From contig CBDCGL010000011.1 of assembly GCA_965216755.1 (NCBI GenBank), forward strand, positions 288,001 to 352,000: 64,000 nt of DNA, read 5' to 3'. Positions within the stretch are counted from its first letter, which is position 1, and each line of letters starts with the position of its first letter. The notes beneath the pieces are model-generated. The model saw nothing but the letters and a program-made list of their open reading frames with translations, had not been told where the DNA came from and searched no databases. Origin of the DNA: Alphaproteobacteria bacterium (lineage in GTDB: Bacteria > Pseudomonadota > Alphaproteobacteria > UBA7887). Shown one piece after another: positions 53,908 to 64,000 of the stretch. The position numbers and the translations under genes were made by a program.

Positions 53908-55377
53908 ATGCATTTCGTCGCTCGAGCCGTTGTTCGATTCTGTGTCGCGGTCAGTATCGCCATCGCGCCGGTCCTATCGCCATTCGCGGCGGCACAGGAT
54001 TTGTCTGGCTTGTTCGGGGCGCTATTGTCGCCACAGCAAGAAGCGCAGATCGGCTCGGAACAACATCCACAGATTCTTCAGGAATTTGGCGGCGCCTATG
54101 ATGATCCTGAGCTGTCCGCCTATGTCGACAGCATCGGCCAGTTTCTCGCGCAGACGCAAGACCGATCTGATGTCAATTACACCTTCACGGTTCTAAACAG
54201 TCCGGTCGTCAATGCTTTCGCGCTGCCCGGCGGCTATGTCTATGTCACCCGTGGCTTATTGGCACTCGCCGACACCGAGGCGGAGCTTGCGGGCGTCTTG
54301 GCGCATGAGATCGGTCACGTCGCGGCCCGTCACGGCGCGGAACGCTATGGGCAGGGTGTGGTTGCGAACCTCGGCCTGACGTTACTAGGTATGGTCACGA
54401 AAAGTGAGGCAATTGCCGGCGTTGCGCAATTGGGGGCTTTGGCCGCGATTCAGGGTTACTCACGCGAACAAGAGCATGAGGCGGATTTCCTAGGCGTGCA
54501 ATATCTGAGCCGCGCCGGCTTCGACCCTGGCGCGATGTCTGGCTTTCTTAACAAACTGGGTGCGCACAGCCGCCTTCAGGGCGAAATATTGGGGCAATCG
54601 GACGCGGGCGGGTTCGATATCTTTGCAACCCATCCGCGCACAGCAGATCGTGTGCAGCGGGCCATCGCCGCGGCCGGGGTCCAAAGTGTACAAGATCCGA
54701 TTATCGCCCGTGACATCTACTTGGAGAAGATCGACGGTTTGCTTTTCGGCGACGACCCCAAACAAGGATTGGTTAAAGGTACGCGGTTCATTCACCCGGA
54801 TCTCGGTTTTGCGTTTGAGGTTCCGGACGGGTTTACCTTACTCAACGGTACGCAGCAGGTGTTGGCCCGGGGCCCCGATGGCGCCGTGATTCGTTTTGAT
54901 GCCGCGCCACGCGATGATGGACGCGGTCCGGTCGCACACCTATCCGAAGTCTGGGCACCAGACGCGAATTTGCGAAACATCGAACCTATTCGCATTAACG
55001 GGTTCGACGCCGCAACGGCGGCTGTGCGCAACGGCGAAGGCGCCGAGGCATTGGACACCCAATTGGTCGCGATCGCTTTCGATACGCAGACAATTTATCG
55101 GTTTCTCTTCGCGACGCCGCCCAATGTTACATCGGCAATGAATGAAGGCTTCCGGCGCACCACTTACAGCTTTCGTCGCTTAGCGCCTGGCGAGGTGGAC
55201 AACATTGAACCTCACCGCCTGACATTACGGCGCGTTCAGGCAGGGGAGTCTGTCGACCTTCTCAGCGCACGCTACCCGTTTCCCGACCATCAGCGCAGGC
55301 GATTTCAAGTCCTCAATGGCTTGACCGAGGGGCAAACGCTCGTCGAAGGTCAGCTGGTCAAGATGATCGTCGAATAA
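53908..55377 (+). CDS. M48 family zinc metalloprotease with C-terminal extension
   Basis: VNAFALPGGYVY, LAHEIGH (HExxH), YSREQE.EAD, FATHP. Confidence 0.92.
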   Translation: MHFVARAVVRFCVAVSIAIAPVLSPFAAAQDLSGLFGALLSPQQEAQIGSEQHPQILQEFGGAYDDPELSAYVDSIGQFLAQTQDRSDVNYTFTVLNSPVVNAFALPGGYVYVTRGLLALADTEAELAGVLAHEIGHVAARHGAERYGQGVVANLGLTLLGMVTKSEAIAGVAQLGALAAIQGYSREQEHEADFLGVQYLSRAGFDPGAMSGFLNKLGAHSRLQGEILGQSDAGGFDIFATHPRTADRVQRAIAAAGVQSVQDPIIARDIYLEKIDGLLFGDDPKQGLVKGTRFIHPDLGFAFEVPDGFTLLNGTQQVLARGPDGAVIRFDAAPRDDGRGPVAHLSEVWAPDANLRNIEPIRINGFDAATAAVRNGEGAEALDTQLVAIAFDTQTIYRFLFATPPNVTSAMNEGFRRTTYSFRRLAPGEVDNIEPHRLTLRRVQAGESVDLLSARYPFPDHQRRRFQVLNGLTEGQTLVEGQLVKMIVE

Positions 55378-55398
55378 ACAGCGACCCAACATCCGCCA

Positions 55399-56235
55399 CT
55401 AAAGAATTTCGTGCACACTGTAAGAGGGGCCGGCCGCACGTCGGTCGCCGACCCCGACGGCGCAGATGCGGTTTAGCCACGCATAGTCCGTCGCACCCGT
55501 TTCAAAGGCTGGGGTGATGCGAAAGTAATACTCGCTTGGCGGGACCGACTCGCCGCGTGACAAACGCTCTATAACCTCTTCAGGGCCATGGCGAATTCCC
55601 CGATATGTCATATAAATCAACGCTTCGTCATTGGTTTGCAAAGTAATCCGTACGTCTAGTTGTAGGGCGCCATCGGGCCGAGACAGGATCCAATCGCCAC
55701 CGCCGTCCAGGACCGTGCCTTTAAGGCGCGGGCCCTCAAATCGACCGCCATGCACACCAACGATGCGCCGTTCGCCGGAAGGGGTCAGCCCAATCAACTG
55801 CGGTGCGCCAACATTGATTTCTATGTCAAACAAATGTCGATGCTCCAATTCCAGCATTGCTTCAATTCCCTTGTGCTGCGGTTTGGTTGCCGGTCGCTCC
55901 GGACTTTCGGCGGAACACTGCGCGTGTGTGCGGTCACCATTGTAGTGGAACAAGCGGCCAAGGTGACGCGTCAGGTCAGCGCCAAAGGCAGGATACCGCG
56001 CTCGTTGTCGACGTCCATTATGATAGGCCAATTGCCAGGCGTCATGTTGCGCCGTTGATTCGGTATAGGGATTCGGTAGATCAACACCTCCCCACATGCC
56101 GTAAACGCCCGCGACATAGGCCGCCATATGGACATCCTCGTCCGGCAATGACTCGCACAGGATGGCCAAGGTACGCAGGTGAGCGTCGTGGACACGACAC
56201 GCGCGCAAAGCGTCCACGGTAGGATGGTCAATCAT
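55399..56235 (-). CDS. DUF3237 domain protein with an N-terminal extra domain (internal start possible at 55857)
   Basis: C-terminal 152 aa: GxTPxGxRR, GGRFEGPRLKG, GGDW, YYFRITPAFET, YAWLN. The 126-aa N-terminal part is in the same open frame. Confidence 0.8.
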   Translation of the reverse strand: MIDHPTVDALRACRVHDAHLRTLAILCESLPDEDVHMAAYVAGVYGMWGGVDLPNPYTESTAQHDAWQLAYHNGRRQRARYPAFGADLTRHLGRLFHYNGDRTHAQCSAESPERPATKPQHKGIEAMLELEHRHLFDIEINVGAPQLIGLTPSGERRIVGVHGGRFEGPRLKGTVLDGGGDWILSRPDGALQLDVRITLQTNDEALIYMTYRGIRHGPEEVIERLSRGESVPPSEYYFRITPAFETGATDYAWLNRICAVGVGDRRAAGPSYSVHEIL

Positions 56236-56464
56236 TACCGATCCCTATCGCCGAATTTGCCGAGCTCCGAGACCGACCGGACTACAGGTTGGCGACTAGC
56301 CGGTCCAGTTATCCCGTCACATATTGTACGACGATGACGGACGCGGCTGTATTTCATACGGTTCTCGTTCAGGACTTGGTCGCCGCGCCAGGCACCCATG
56401 CAACCTGTGTAAACTTGACCGAGCCATTGTCCGAAATCAGCCGCAATCAGGAGACGAACGCTTC

Positions 56465-57964
56465 ATGACCCACCAGCTGTGCGTCGCAATAGGCGGATTC
56501 CTTCACGAAACCAACACGTTCGCACCCAAAACAGCTGATTTCGAAGCGTTCGAAACGGCCGATGGCTGGCCCGCACTATCTCGTGGCGATTCGCTTTTCG
56601 ATGCGGTCGAGGGAATGAACTTGGGTGTCTCAGGGTTTGTCGATGCCGCCTTGGCGCAAGGCTACCACCTTGCGCCCACGGTATGGTGTTCCGCCGTGCC
56701 GTCGGCGCATGTGGAGCAGGACGCGTACGAGCGTGTCGCCGATATGATCTTATCGGACCTGTCGTCTCGGCGCCCTTTCGATGCTGTTTACCTCGATCTT
56801 CACGGCGCCATGGTCGCGACGCACCTGGAAGACGGCGAGGGTGAACTTTTGCGCCGGGTGCGCGATTTCGTCGGTGACGAGATCCCCATCGTTGCCAGCT
56901 TGGACATGCATGCCAACATCACCCCGACCATGGTCGCGATGGCCGATGGTCTGATTGCCTACCGGACCTATCCGCACATTGACATGGCCGCGACCGGACG
57001 AAGAGTGGCGACATTCTTGGACCGCCGCTTTGCTGGTGCACGGCCCAAGGTCGCGGCCCGCAAGTCCGATTACCTCATGCCCTTGGTTTGGCAATCGACC
57101 GATATCGACCCCTGTCGATCACTCTATGCTCGGATCGATGAATTGGAGGCGGCGCGCGCCGAACTCTGGTCGCTGTCTCTTGCAGCTGGTTTTCCGCCCG
57201 CGGATATCGCCGATGTTGGGCCTATGGTACTCGCCTACGCCGACCAGCAGCGGCAGGCGGACGCAGCGGCTGACATCCTGGCTGGTGCTGTGGCAGCAGC
57301 TGAACCGGCATTTGCCGGCCAAGTCTATACACCTGACGAGGCTGTGGCCTATGCGCTGGCATCGGCAAAAGGGCCCGTGATCATTGCCGACACACAAGAC
57401 AACTCGGGCGCCGGTGGTCAATCGGACACGATGGGTATGTTTCGCGCCCTGGTGCGCGCCGGCGCGCGCGATGCGTTGCTCGGCCTGATCTGCGATCCAG
57501 AGGTCGCGGCAGGCGCGCACCTGGTCGGCGAGGGCGAATCGATGACAGCCGATCTTGGCGCCAAAGTGCCCTGGCAGGGCGAGACGCCTTTCCACGGACA
57601 ATTCGAAGTCATCGCTTTGGGCGATGGAAACTTCCGCGCCACCGGCCCGATGTTTGGCGGATCACGGATGCAGCTTGGTCCGATGGCGTGGTTGCGTCAC
57701 CAGGGAATCGACGTGGTTGTGTCGTCTAAGAAGATGCAGGCTGCTGACCGGTCGATGTTTCGCCATGTCGGCATCGATCCGGAACGACGCAAGATTGTCG
57801 TCCTCAAGAGCTCGGTCCATTTCCGCGCTGACTTCGCGCCCGTCGCCGCGGAGATCATCATTGCCGCGGCCCCCGGTCCGAATGCGGTTGATAACCGAGA
57901 CTTGCCCTATCGGCACATCCGATCCGATGTCCGCGTCATGCCACGCAAGATCGGCGGCGACTGA
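56465..57964 (+). CDS. M81 family metallopeptidase (MlrC-like)
   Basis: HETNTF, LDLHGAM, DGEGELL, SLDMHAN, YRTYPHID, DTQDNSGAG, LKSSVHFRA. Confidence 0.92.
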   Translation: MTHQLCVAIGGFLHETNTFAPKTADFEAFETADGWPALSRGDSLFDAVEGMNLGVSGFVDAALAQGYHLAPTVWCSAVPSAHVEQDAYERVADMILSDLSSRRPFDAVYLDLHGAMVATHLEDGEGELLRRVRDFVGDEIPIVASLDMHANITPTMVAMADGLIAYRTYPHIDMAATGRRVATFLDRRFAGARPKVAARKSDYLMPLVWQSTDIDPCRSLYARIDELEAARAELWSLSLAAGFPPADIADVGPMVLAYADQQRQADAAADILAGAVAAAEPAFAGQVYTPDEAVAYALASAKGPVIIADTQDNSGAGGQSDTMGMFRALVRAGARDALLGLICDPEVAAGAHLVGEGESMTADLGAKVPWQGETPFHGQFEVIALGDGNFRATGPMFGGSRMQLGPMAWLRHQGIDVVVSSKKMQAADRSMFRHVGIDPERRKIVVLKSSVHFRADFAPVAAEIIIAAAPGPNAVDNRDLPYRHIRSDVRVMPRKIGGD

Positions 57965-58084
57965 TCTCGTAACCCCTTTCGCTTCCGTTCCGCGTGTTGT
58001 CCTTCAGTGCACCGGCGGCGATCCGCCACGGCGTGGCGATTGTGCGTGGGTCAATGTCAGCTCAATTGCAAGGAAGTGACGCGC

Positions 58085-58501
58085 ATGAAGATGTTAACCA
58101 ATGTCAAATGGTCCATTGCCGTTTTGGGGCTTGCAACCACGTTCGTGCTCGGCAACGTAAATGCCTCCGACGCCCAGTCGCGCCAGGTGATCGTGAATGG
58201 CGTCCTGCTGGACGCAAAGACACTTCTGTACCTCGACCGCGCCGTCGGCGGCCTGGTTCCTGACGGTGCCTATTGGCTCGATGTGGCCACTGGGATCTGG
58301 GGATATGCCGGCGACATGACGCCGCAAGGCCAAATCGGTGGTGGGACGTATGCCCAGGGCAGCGGCGTGGGTGAGGTTTATTCTGGTGGCGCCAGCGCCT
58401 ATCGGAATGCAACGACGGGGATCGGCGTCATCACCGATCCCAACGCCGGCGGCTGCGGCTATAGCGAATGTTGGGAGGACCAGGTCTTCATTACAGATTG
58501 A
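58085..58501 (+). CDS. hypothetical exported protein with VNG..PDGxYW..GxWG motif
   Basis: AAGGA RBS; signal peptide; VIVNG...VPDGAYWLDVATGIWGYAG. Confidence 0.7.
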   Translation: MKMLTNVKWSIAVLGLATTFVLGNVNASDAQSRQVIVNGVLLDAKTLLYLDRAVGGLVPDGAYWLDVATGIWGYAGDMTPQGQIGGGTYAQGSGVGEVYSGGASAYRNATTGIGVITDPNAGGCGYSECWEDQVFITD

Positions 58502-59474
58502 TCTTTAGCGGTCGAGATCGGAGCGCGTGGTCGTCATCACTAGCGCGAGACTGCGTTCCGTCCCGGCCGTTTCCTGATCGCGGCTTCAGGGCCATGAGCA
58601 TGCCAAGGAGTATCAAAACAAAACCGGCGAGGTGAAACCAGCGCAAGGCCTCACCCAGCAAAGTCATGGCGAGAATTACGCCAAAAACTGGCATCAAATG
58701 AATGAACAAGGTGCCACGATTGGCGCCAATAAGGGATATGCCCTTGGCCCAAAAGTAGTAGGCGAGGACCGACGGAAAAATGCCAACGTAAAGTACCGCC
58801 AACACGGTGTTGCGGTCGAACAGCATTGATTTCGACAACACACTTTCAGCGACATAGACAGGTGCGGTCGGCAGCAAGCCAAACAGGACCACGGCGGCTA
58901 GGAACGTCAGTTGGTCCAGGGCAGGCGGACGCAACCGAAGCATCGCGGTATAGGTGGCGTAGCTCAACATGCCGAGCATCATCCACAGGTCGCCCACGGA
59001 AACGGTCAGGGTCATCAAGGCATGGGCACTACCTTTGCCGATAATTGTGAGTGCGCCAACGCTTGAGACAAATATTCCTAAGCCCTGACGCGACGTAATG
59101 CCATTGCGAAAGAAAGCCCAACTCATGGCGACGACGCAAATGGGCATCAGTGTATTGAGCACCGACACGTTGATCGCCGTCGTCGTCTGCATGGCGACAT
59201 AGGCGAAGGAATTGAAACACGTGACACCCAGGATCCCGAATATCGTAAGAAGTTTCCAATGCGCCTTGAGCGTCTGCACATTGTTCAAAAGACTGCGCCA
59301 CGTGAAAGGTAACAGCACCAAAAGAGCCACCAGCCAGCGCCAAAAATTAAGCCCGAGCGGCGGAATATGGTCAGCGAGCCCGCGCCCGACGATGACATTC
59401 CCGGCCCAAAACAATGCGGTGAAAGTAAGGAGCAAATAAGCGAGGCGCCGGCCGTCTTCGCGTTCGGCAGTCAA
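58491..59474 (-). CDS. EamA/DMT family transporter
   Basis: LFWAGNVIVGR, IPPLGLNFWRW, about 10 TM. Confidence 0.9.
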   Translation of the reverse strand: MTAEREDGRRLAYLLLTFTALFWAGNVIVGRGLADHIPPLGLNFWRWLVALLVLLPFTWRSLLNNVQTLKAHWKLLTIFGILGVTCFNSFAYVAMQTTTAINVSVLNTLMPICVVAMSWAFFRNGITSRQGLGIFVSSVGALTIIGKGSAHALMTLTVSVGDLWMMLGMLSYATYTAMLRLRPPALDQLTFLAAVVLFGLLPTAPVYVAESVLSKSMLFDRNTVLAVLYVGIFPSVLAYYFWAKGISLIGANRGTLFIHLMPVFGVILAMTLLGEALRWFHLAGFVLILLGMLMALKPRSGNGRDGTQSRASDDDHALRSRPLKINL

Positions 59475-59893
59475 GATGCCTCGGTCTCGCTACCATTGGG
59501 TAGGCGAGGTAGGTCGTCGGAAAGTTGCAGCCACGGGACCCGATCCGTATTCCAAATATGTCGTTCGGGCCGGAAGCTCGTTGGATCGTCAAACGTCGAC
59601 AATGTCAGGTCAATTTCGTCCGTGCGTTTCAGCTGTTGGAACCAGATTTGGGTACCGCAGTCGGGGCAGAAGCCGCGCCGCGCCCATGTTGACGAAGCGT
59701 ATTCGCGCGTCACTTTTTCTCTGCTGAACGTCACGGCGCCAGCGGGAAAAGTTGCCCAAGTGACGACCGGCGCGCCGCTCGCGCGTCGACACAGGCTGCA
59801 GTGACAGTGCACCACACTCGTTGCCGGTCCCGCCGCGCGATAGCGGATAGCACCGCAAAGACACCCGCCCGAAAAGGATGTGGTTTCATTCAT
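59471..59893 (-). CDS. GFA (CENP-V-like) family protein
   Basis: GGCLCGAIRY, HCHCSLCRR, RGFCPDCGT. Confidence 0.93.
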   Translation of the reverse strand: MNETTSFSGGCLCGAIRYRAAGPATSVVHCHCSLCRRASGAPVVTWATFPAGAVTFSREKVTREYASSTWARRGFCPDCGTQIWFQQLKRTDEIDLTLSTFDDPTSFRPERHIWNTDRVPWLQLSDDLPRLPNGSETEAS

Positions 59894-60678
59894 GCCGCGT
59901 CGGCCAATTCGCACCAGACCGGTGTGTGGTCCGATGCCTTTTTTTCAGCGCGCGGTGCGGCATCGATATCGCACGCGACTAGGCGATCGGCCGCTTGCGG
60001 CGACAGTAGCAAGTGGTCAATACGGATCCCCTGATCGGCCTGAAAGGCGCGGCCTTGATAGTCCCAGAACGAATATCGACCCGTTTCTTGGTGTAGTGCG
60101 CGGAAGGCTTCGGTATAGCCGCGGTACAATAAAGCTCGGAACTTGGCCTTGGTTTCCGGACGAAACAGCGCATCGTCGACCCACGCGGCGGGATCGTAAA
60201 CGTCGCCGTCGGCCGGAATCACGTTGTAGTCGCCTCCTAAGACAATCGGTTCTTCGTTCAGGAGCAGCGATTCGGCGTGCGTGCGCAAGCGATCCATCCA
60301 ATCCAGTTTGTATTGGAATTTCTCGGACGGCGTTGGATTTCCGTTTGGCAAATAGATGGACGCAACCCTGACCCCGCTGGCACCCGCATCCACCCATGCC
60401 TCCACATAGCGCGCCTGCGCGTCTGTTTCGTCACCAGGTAGTAGCTCAACCACATCATCAAGGCCGAATTTCGAGAGAATCGCGACTCCATTGTACGATT
60501 TCTGACCGACCACCGCGCAATTGTAGCCAAGCGCCTCGATCTCAAGATAGGGAAAGCCGTCCGCAACGGTCTTGATCTCCTGGAGTAGTGCGACGTCCGG
60601 CTTTGCTTCATCCAACCACGCGATGACATTGCCGATCCGTGCCTTGATCGAATTGACGTTCCACGTTGCGATTCTCAC
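59890..60678 (-). CDS. xth: exodeoxyribonuclease III
   Basis: IATWNVNSI, LQEIK, YNGVAI, GDYN, SFWDY, RIDH, SDHTPV. Confidence 0.95.
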   Translation of the reverse strand: MRIATWNVNSIKARIGNVIAWLDEAKPDVALLQEIKTVADGFPYLEIEALGYNCAVVGQKSYNGVAILSKFGLDDVVELLPGDETDAQARYVEAWVDAGASGVRVASIYLPNGNPTPSEKFQYKLDWMDRLRTHAESLLLNEEPIVLGGDYNVIPADGDVYDPAAWVDDALFRPETKAKFRALLYRGYTEAFRALHQETGRYSFWDYQGRAFQADQGIRIDHLLLSPQAADRLVACDIDAAPRAEKKASDHTPVWCELADAA

Positions 60679-60713
60679 GCGATCACGCCTTTCATGGCTG
60701 TGGGTCAAGGAAC

Positions 60714-60740
60714 AAAAAAGCCCGCTTTGTCAGCGGGCTT
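60714..60740 (-). terminator. intrinsic terminator after erpA
   Basis: Minus strand AAGCCCGCT-GACAA-AGCGGGCTT-TTTT. Confidence 0.7.
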
Positions 60741-60774
60741 CAAAAACTAGCATGTCGGCGCGGGTCGAGGCCAG

Positions 60775-61134
60775 TCAGCCTATGGAAAATGATGTTCCGC
60801 ATCCGCAAGACGCGGTGGCATTAGGGTTCTTAATGACGAACATAGCGCCGGCAAGATCCTCTTCCCAATCGATCTGCGACCCCTGCAACATCGAAAGCGA
60901 CATTTCGTCCACGATCAAAACCGCGCCGTCGCGCTCAAGCAATAAATCATCCGCATTGCGGGTATCGTCCAAGGCGAAGCCGTATTGGAATCCAGAACAA
61001 CCACCACCAGATACCGCTACGCGAAGCATGACCGGCTTGGGCTCCTGATCGACGATCCGGTTGATGCGCGCGGCAGCGTCGGCCGTCATGGATAGACCGT
61101 AGTCCGCTGCCGATTTCGCCTTAATCTCGCCCAT
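60775..61134 (-). CDS. erpA: iron-sulfur cluster insertion protein (A-type carrier)
   Basis: LRVAVSGGGCSGFQY, NPNATASCGCGTSF; xth-erpA / dgt synteny. Confidence 0.92.
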   Translation of the reverse strand: MGEIKAKSAADYGLSMTADAAARINRIVDQEPKPVMLRVAVSGGGCSGFQYGFALDDTRNADDLLLERDGAVLIVDEMSLSMLQGSQIDWEEDLAGAMFVIKNPNATASCGCGTSFSIG

Positions 61135-61253
61135 GTCCGTGCGTGTCCAGCCAAATGCGAATGTGAACCACTATCTAGTGACGATATCACAGAAGTCAAT
61201 CGGCGGAAATCGACGCGCGCTTCGTCAATGATCCGTTGATCCGCTAACCACGG

Positions 61254-62438
61254 ATGGATACTGTCCGCGCCATGCTTTCGACTGTACCGTCAACGTGTTA
61301 CGCCACGCGTCCGGCCGAAAGTCGTGGGCGTCTTCACAATGAGGAAGAAAGCCCCACGCGGACGTGTTTTCAGCGTGATCGTGATCGGGTCATCCACTGC
61401 GCGGCCTTCAGGCGCTTGGAACACAAGACCCAGGTATTTGTTTATCACGAGGGTGACAACTACCGGTCCAGATTGACCCACAGCATTGAAGTCGCGCAGA
61501 TCGCGCGCTCCGTGAGCCGAGAACTTGGCCTCAACGAGGATCTCGCCGAGGCCGTGGCGTTGGCGCACGACCTGGGTCATACACCATTCGGCCATGCCGG
61601 GGAATTCGCGTTGGACGCGGCCATGGCGCCCTATGGAGGGTTCGGTCACAATGCCCAGACATTGAGGATCGTTACCCATTTGGAGCGCCGGTACGCGGCT
61701 TTTGACGGGCTCAATTTGACCTGGGAAACGCTGGAAGGCGTCGTCAAGCATAACGGTCCAGTGGCGGCCGACGCAGTCCATGAAACAGTGCGACAATACG
61801 ACGCGCGTCACGACCTAGAGCTCGGGACATTTCCAGGTCCAGAGGCGCAGGTCGCCGCTCTCGCCGACGATATCGCATACAATAACCATGACCTTGACGA
61901 TGCTCTGCGCGCCGGCTTGTTTCGAATTGAAGATTTGGCCGACGTGCCTCTCGTTGGGGATACGTTTCGAGACGTTTCGAAATGGTACCCGGATATTGAA
62001 AGATCGCGCCAAATCAATGAGGTCACACGTCGATTGATTACGTACATGGTCAACGATCTAGTCACTGAGACACGCGCCAGGGCCAAGCGCTTCGGTCCGC
62101 AGACAGTTGCCGATGTCCGCGCGCTCAATGAGCCGCTGGTGAACTTCTCGGACGAAATGCGTGCGCGCGACCGGACTTTGAAGCAATTTCTCCACGAACA
62201 CATGTATCGGCACTATCGGGTCAGTCGCATGACGAGCAAAGCGCGCCGGGTCGTCGCCGATTTGTTTGCACTGTTCATCGACGAACCGCAGTGCTTGCCA
62301 ACTGATTGGCGTCGTCGCGCCGGTGTTGCGCGAAGCGCTGAGACGGCGCGCCTTGTCTGTGATTATATTGCCGGTATGACCGACCGCTATGCCCAAGAAG
62401 AGCATGCGCGACTCTTCGATTTGACGGCGCGCGTGTGA
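61254..62438 (+). CDS. dgt: dGTP triphosphohydrolase-like HD protein
   Basis: [39 protein letters not shown]. Confidence 0.95.
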   Translation: MDTVRAMLSTVPSTCYATRPAESRGRLHNEEESPTRTCFQRDRDRVIHCAAFRRLEHKTQVFVYHEGDNYRSRLTHSIEVAQIARSVSRELGLNEDLAEAVALAHDLGHTPFGHAGEFALDAAMAPYGGFGHNAQTLRIVTHLERRYAAFDGLNLTWETLEGVVKHNGPVAADAVHETVRQYDARHDLELGTFPGPEAQVAALADDIAYNNHDLDDALRAGLFRIEDLADVPLVGDTFRDVSKWYPDIERSRQINEVTRRLITYMVNDLVTETRARAKRFGPQTVADVRALNEPLVNFSDEMRARDRTLKQFLHEHMYRHYRVSRMTSKARRVVADLFALFIDEPQCLPTDWRRRAGVARSAETARLVCDYIAGMTDRYAQEEHARLFDLTARV

Positions 62439-64000
62439 TGGATATCTACGCTGCGTTCCGCGATCACATCGACAACGCCTTGGTCGCCCTGTGTCGCGAT
62501 CGTCAATTGGCAGCTGACCAATTGCCAGGCACTTGGTCGGTCGAACCGCCGCGCGATGAGGCACATGGCGACTTGTCCACAAATGTGGCGTTGGTGCTGG
62601 CCAAGCCGGCGAAGACCAACCCGCGTGCTCTCGCTGAGGTTGTCGCCAGCCATCTTGAGTCATTGCCAGAAGTCGCGTCGACCGCCATAGCGGGGCCGGG
62701 ATTTATCAATATTCGCCTGACCGACCGGTGCTGGCGATCGGTGTTGGCCGCGCTGTTGGCGTTGGATGCGCCCTTCGGCGCTAGCGCGATTGGGGCACGT
62801 CGAAAAGTCAACGTCGAGTATGTCTCAGCCAATCCAACGGGGCCGATGCATGTCGGCCATGCCCGTGGCGCGGTGTTTGGCGACGTCTTGGCTTCGCTGC
62901 TGGAGTTCTGCGGATATGACGTAACACGCGAGTACTATGTCAACGATGCGGGCGCGCAAGTCGCGGCCTTGGCGCGATCAGTGCACGTGCGCTATCGCGA
63001 GGCGCTTGGCGAGGCGATCGACGAGATTCCGGAGGGGCTCTATCCTGGCGACTACTTGATCCCGGTTGGTCGGGCGCTGGCGGGCGAACATGGCGATCGT
63101 TATCGAGACGCGCACGAAGACGAGTGGCTCGGGTTGTTCAAAGACGCCGCGATTGTGGCGATGATGGCCGCCATTCGGTCCGACTTGGACGCCGTTGGTA
63201 TTACGTTCGATCATTTCGCGTCGGAAAGCGCTTTGGTCCAGTCCGGCCAAGTCGAAGACGTTCTCGCCGCGTTGCAAGACAATGGCATGATCTACACGGG
63301 TGTTCTAGAACCGCCAAAGGGCAAAACACCCGATGATTGGGAACCGCGCCCGCAGACATTGTTCCGCTCCACGCGGTTTGGCGACGATGTCGATCGACCA
63401 GTGCGCAAGTCCGACGGCTCGTGGACATATTTTGCAACGGACATGGCCTACCACCGCGACAAATTTCGGCGTGGATTTTCGGACATGATCGATGTATGGG
63501 GCGCGGACCACGGCGGCTATGTCAAACGTATGAAGGCGGCCGTTGCTGCGCTGACCGATGGCAAGGCAGAGCTTGATGTCAAACTCTGTCAATTGGTCCA
63601 TATATTGGACAATGGTGAGCCAGTGAAGATGTCCAAACGCGCCGGGAGTTTTGTCACGTTGCGCGATGTCGTCGACGCTGTGGGCAGGGATGTGGTGCGC
63701 TTCATCATGCTAACGCGTCGCAATGACGCGACCTTAGACTTCGATCTTGCGAAAGTAACTGAGCAATCGCGTGACAATCCTGTGTTTTATGTTCAGTATG
63801 CGCACGCGCGGGTACGATCCGTGTTTCGCAATGCGGCGTCATTGAACCTGTCGCGTGATGTCGTCGCCAACGTGGTTGATGCACCCTTGGATCAATTGCG
63901 ACACCCTGAAGAGCTGGCTCTGATAAAGCGCATCGCTGCGTGGCCACGTATAGTTGAGGCAGCCGCACTTGCGCACGAGCCGCATCGTCTTGTCTTCTAC
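62438..64000 (+). CDS. argS: arginine--tRNA ligase, truncated by the window end
   Basis: ATG overlaps the dgt stop (TGATG); [52 protein letters not shown]. Confidence 0.96.
   Translation, partial: MDIYAAFRDHIDNALVALCRDRQLAADQLPGTWSVEPPRDEAHGDLSTNVALVLAKPAKTNPRALAEVVASHLESLPEVASTAIAGPGFINIRLTDRCWRSVLAALLALDAPFGASAIGARRKVNVEYVSANPTGPMHVGHARGAVFGDVLASLLEFCGYDVTREYYVNDAGAQVAALARSVHVRYREALGEAIDEIPEGLYPGDYLIPVGRALAGEHGDRYRDAHEDEWLGLFKDAAIVAMMAAIRSDLDAVGITFDHFASESALVQSGQVEDVLAALQDNGMIYTGVLEPPKGKTPDDWEPRPQTLFRSTRFGDDVDRPVRKSDGSWTYFATDMAYHRDKFRRGFSDMIDVWGADHGGYVKRMKAAVAALTDGKAELDVKLCQLVHILDNGEPVKMSKRAGSFVTLRDVVDAVGRDVVRFIMLTRRNDATLDFDLAKVTEQSRDNPVFYVQYAHARVRSVFRNAASLNLSRDVVANVVDAPLDQLRHPEELALIKRIAAWPRIVEAAALAHEPHRLVFY

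Overview
GC-rich alphaproteobacterial chromosome segment, probably Rhodospirillales-like. The assignment rests on gapR, the pcm-tolC-popZ-valS block, the xth-erpA / dgt-argS block and a CtrA box. The right third is mostly housekeeping: folD, tRNA-Cys, pcm, tolC, popZ, valS, ilvD, xth, erpA, dgt and a partial argS. The left two thirds are accessory and contain: (1) an intact IS5-family element with visible ends and a target duplication; (2) a hybrid kinase preceded by a CtrA box; (3) a rhodanese / cupredoxin / FmdB / amidohydrolase / NosR-like cluster with no nosZ; (4) a SAM-cyclase-STAND-TPR gene; (5) a low-GC islet beside tRNA-Asn, where a 150-aa putative toxin-like ORF sits between two paralogous membrane proteins; (6) a glutaminyl cyclase followed by a sigma54/IHF-type promoter, two paralogous secreted Gly/Ala/Asn-rich proteins and a third small secreted protein; (7) an orphan catabolic gene run; (8) a secreted Gly/Asn-repeat protein. 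The strongest candidates for an undescribed system are the sigma54-driven secreted fibre/amyloid-like locus (24673-29510), the toxin/double-immunity-like islet (18565-20249) and the amidohydrolase-cupredoxin-NosR cluster (7332-13060). All family calls come from reading motifs by eye; no database search was run.
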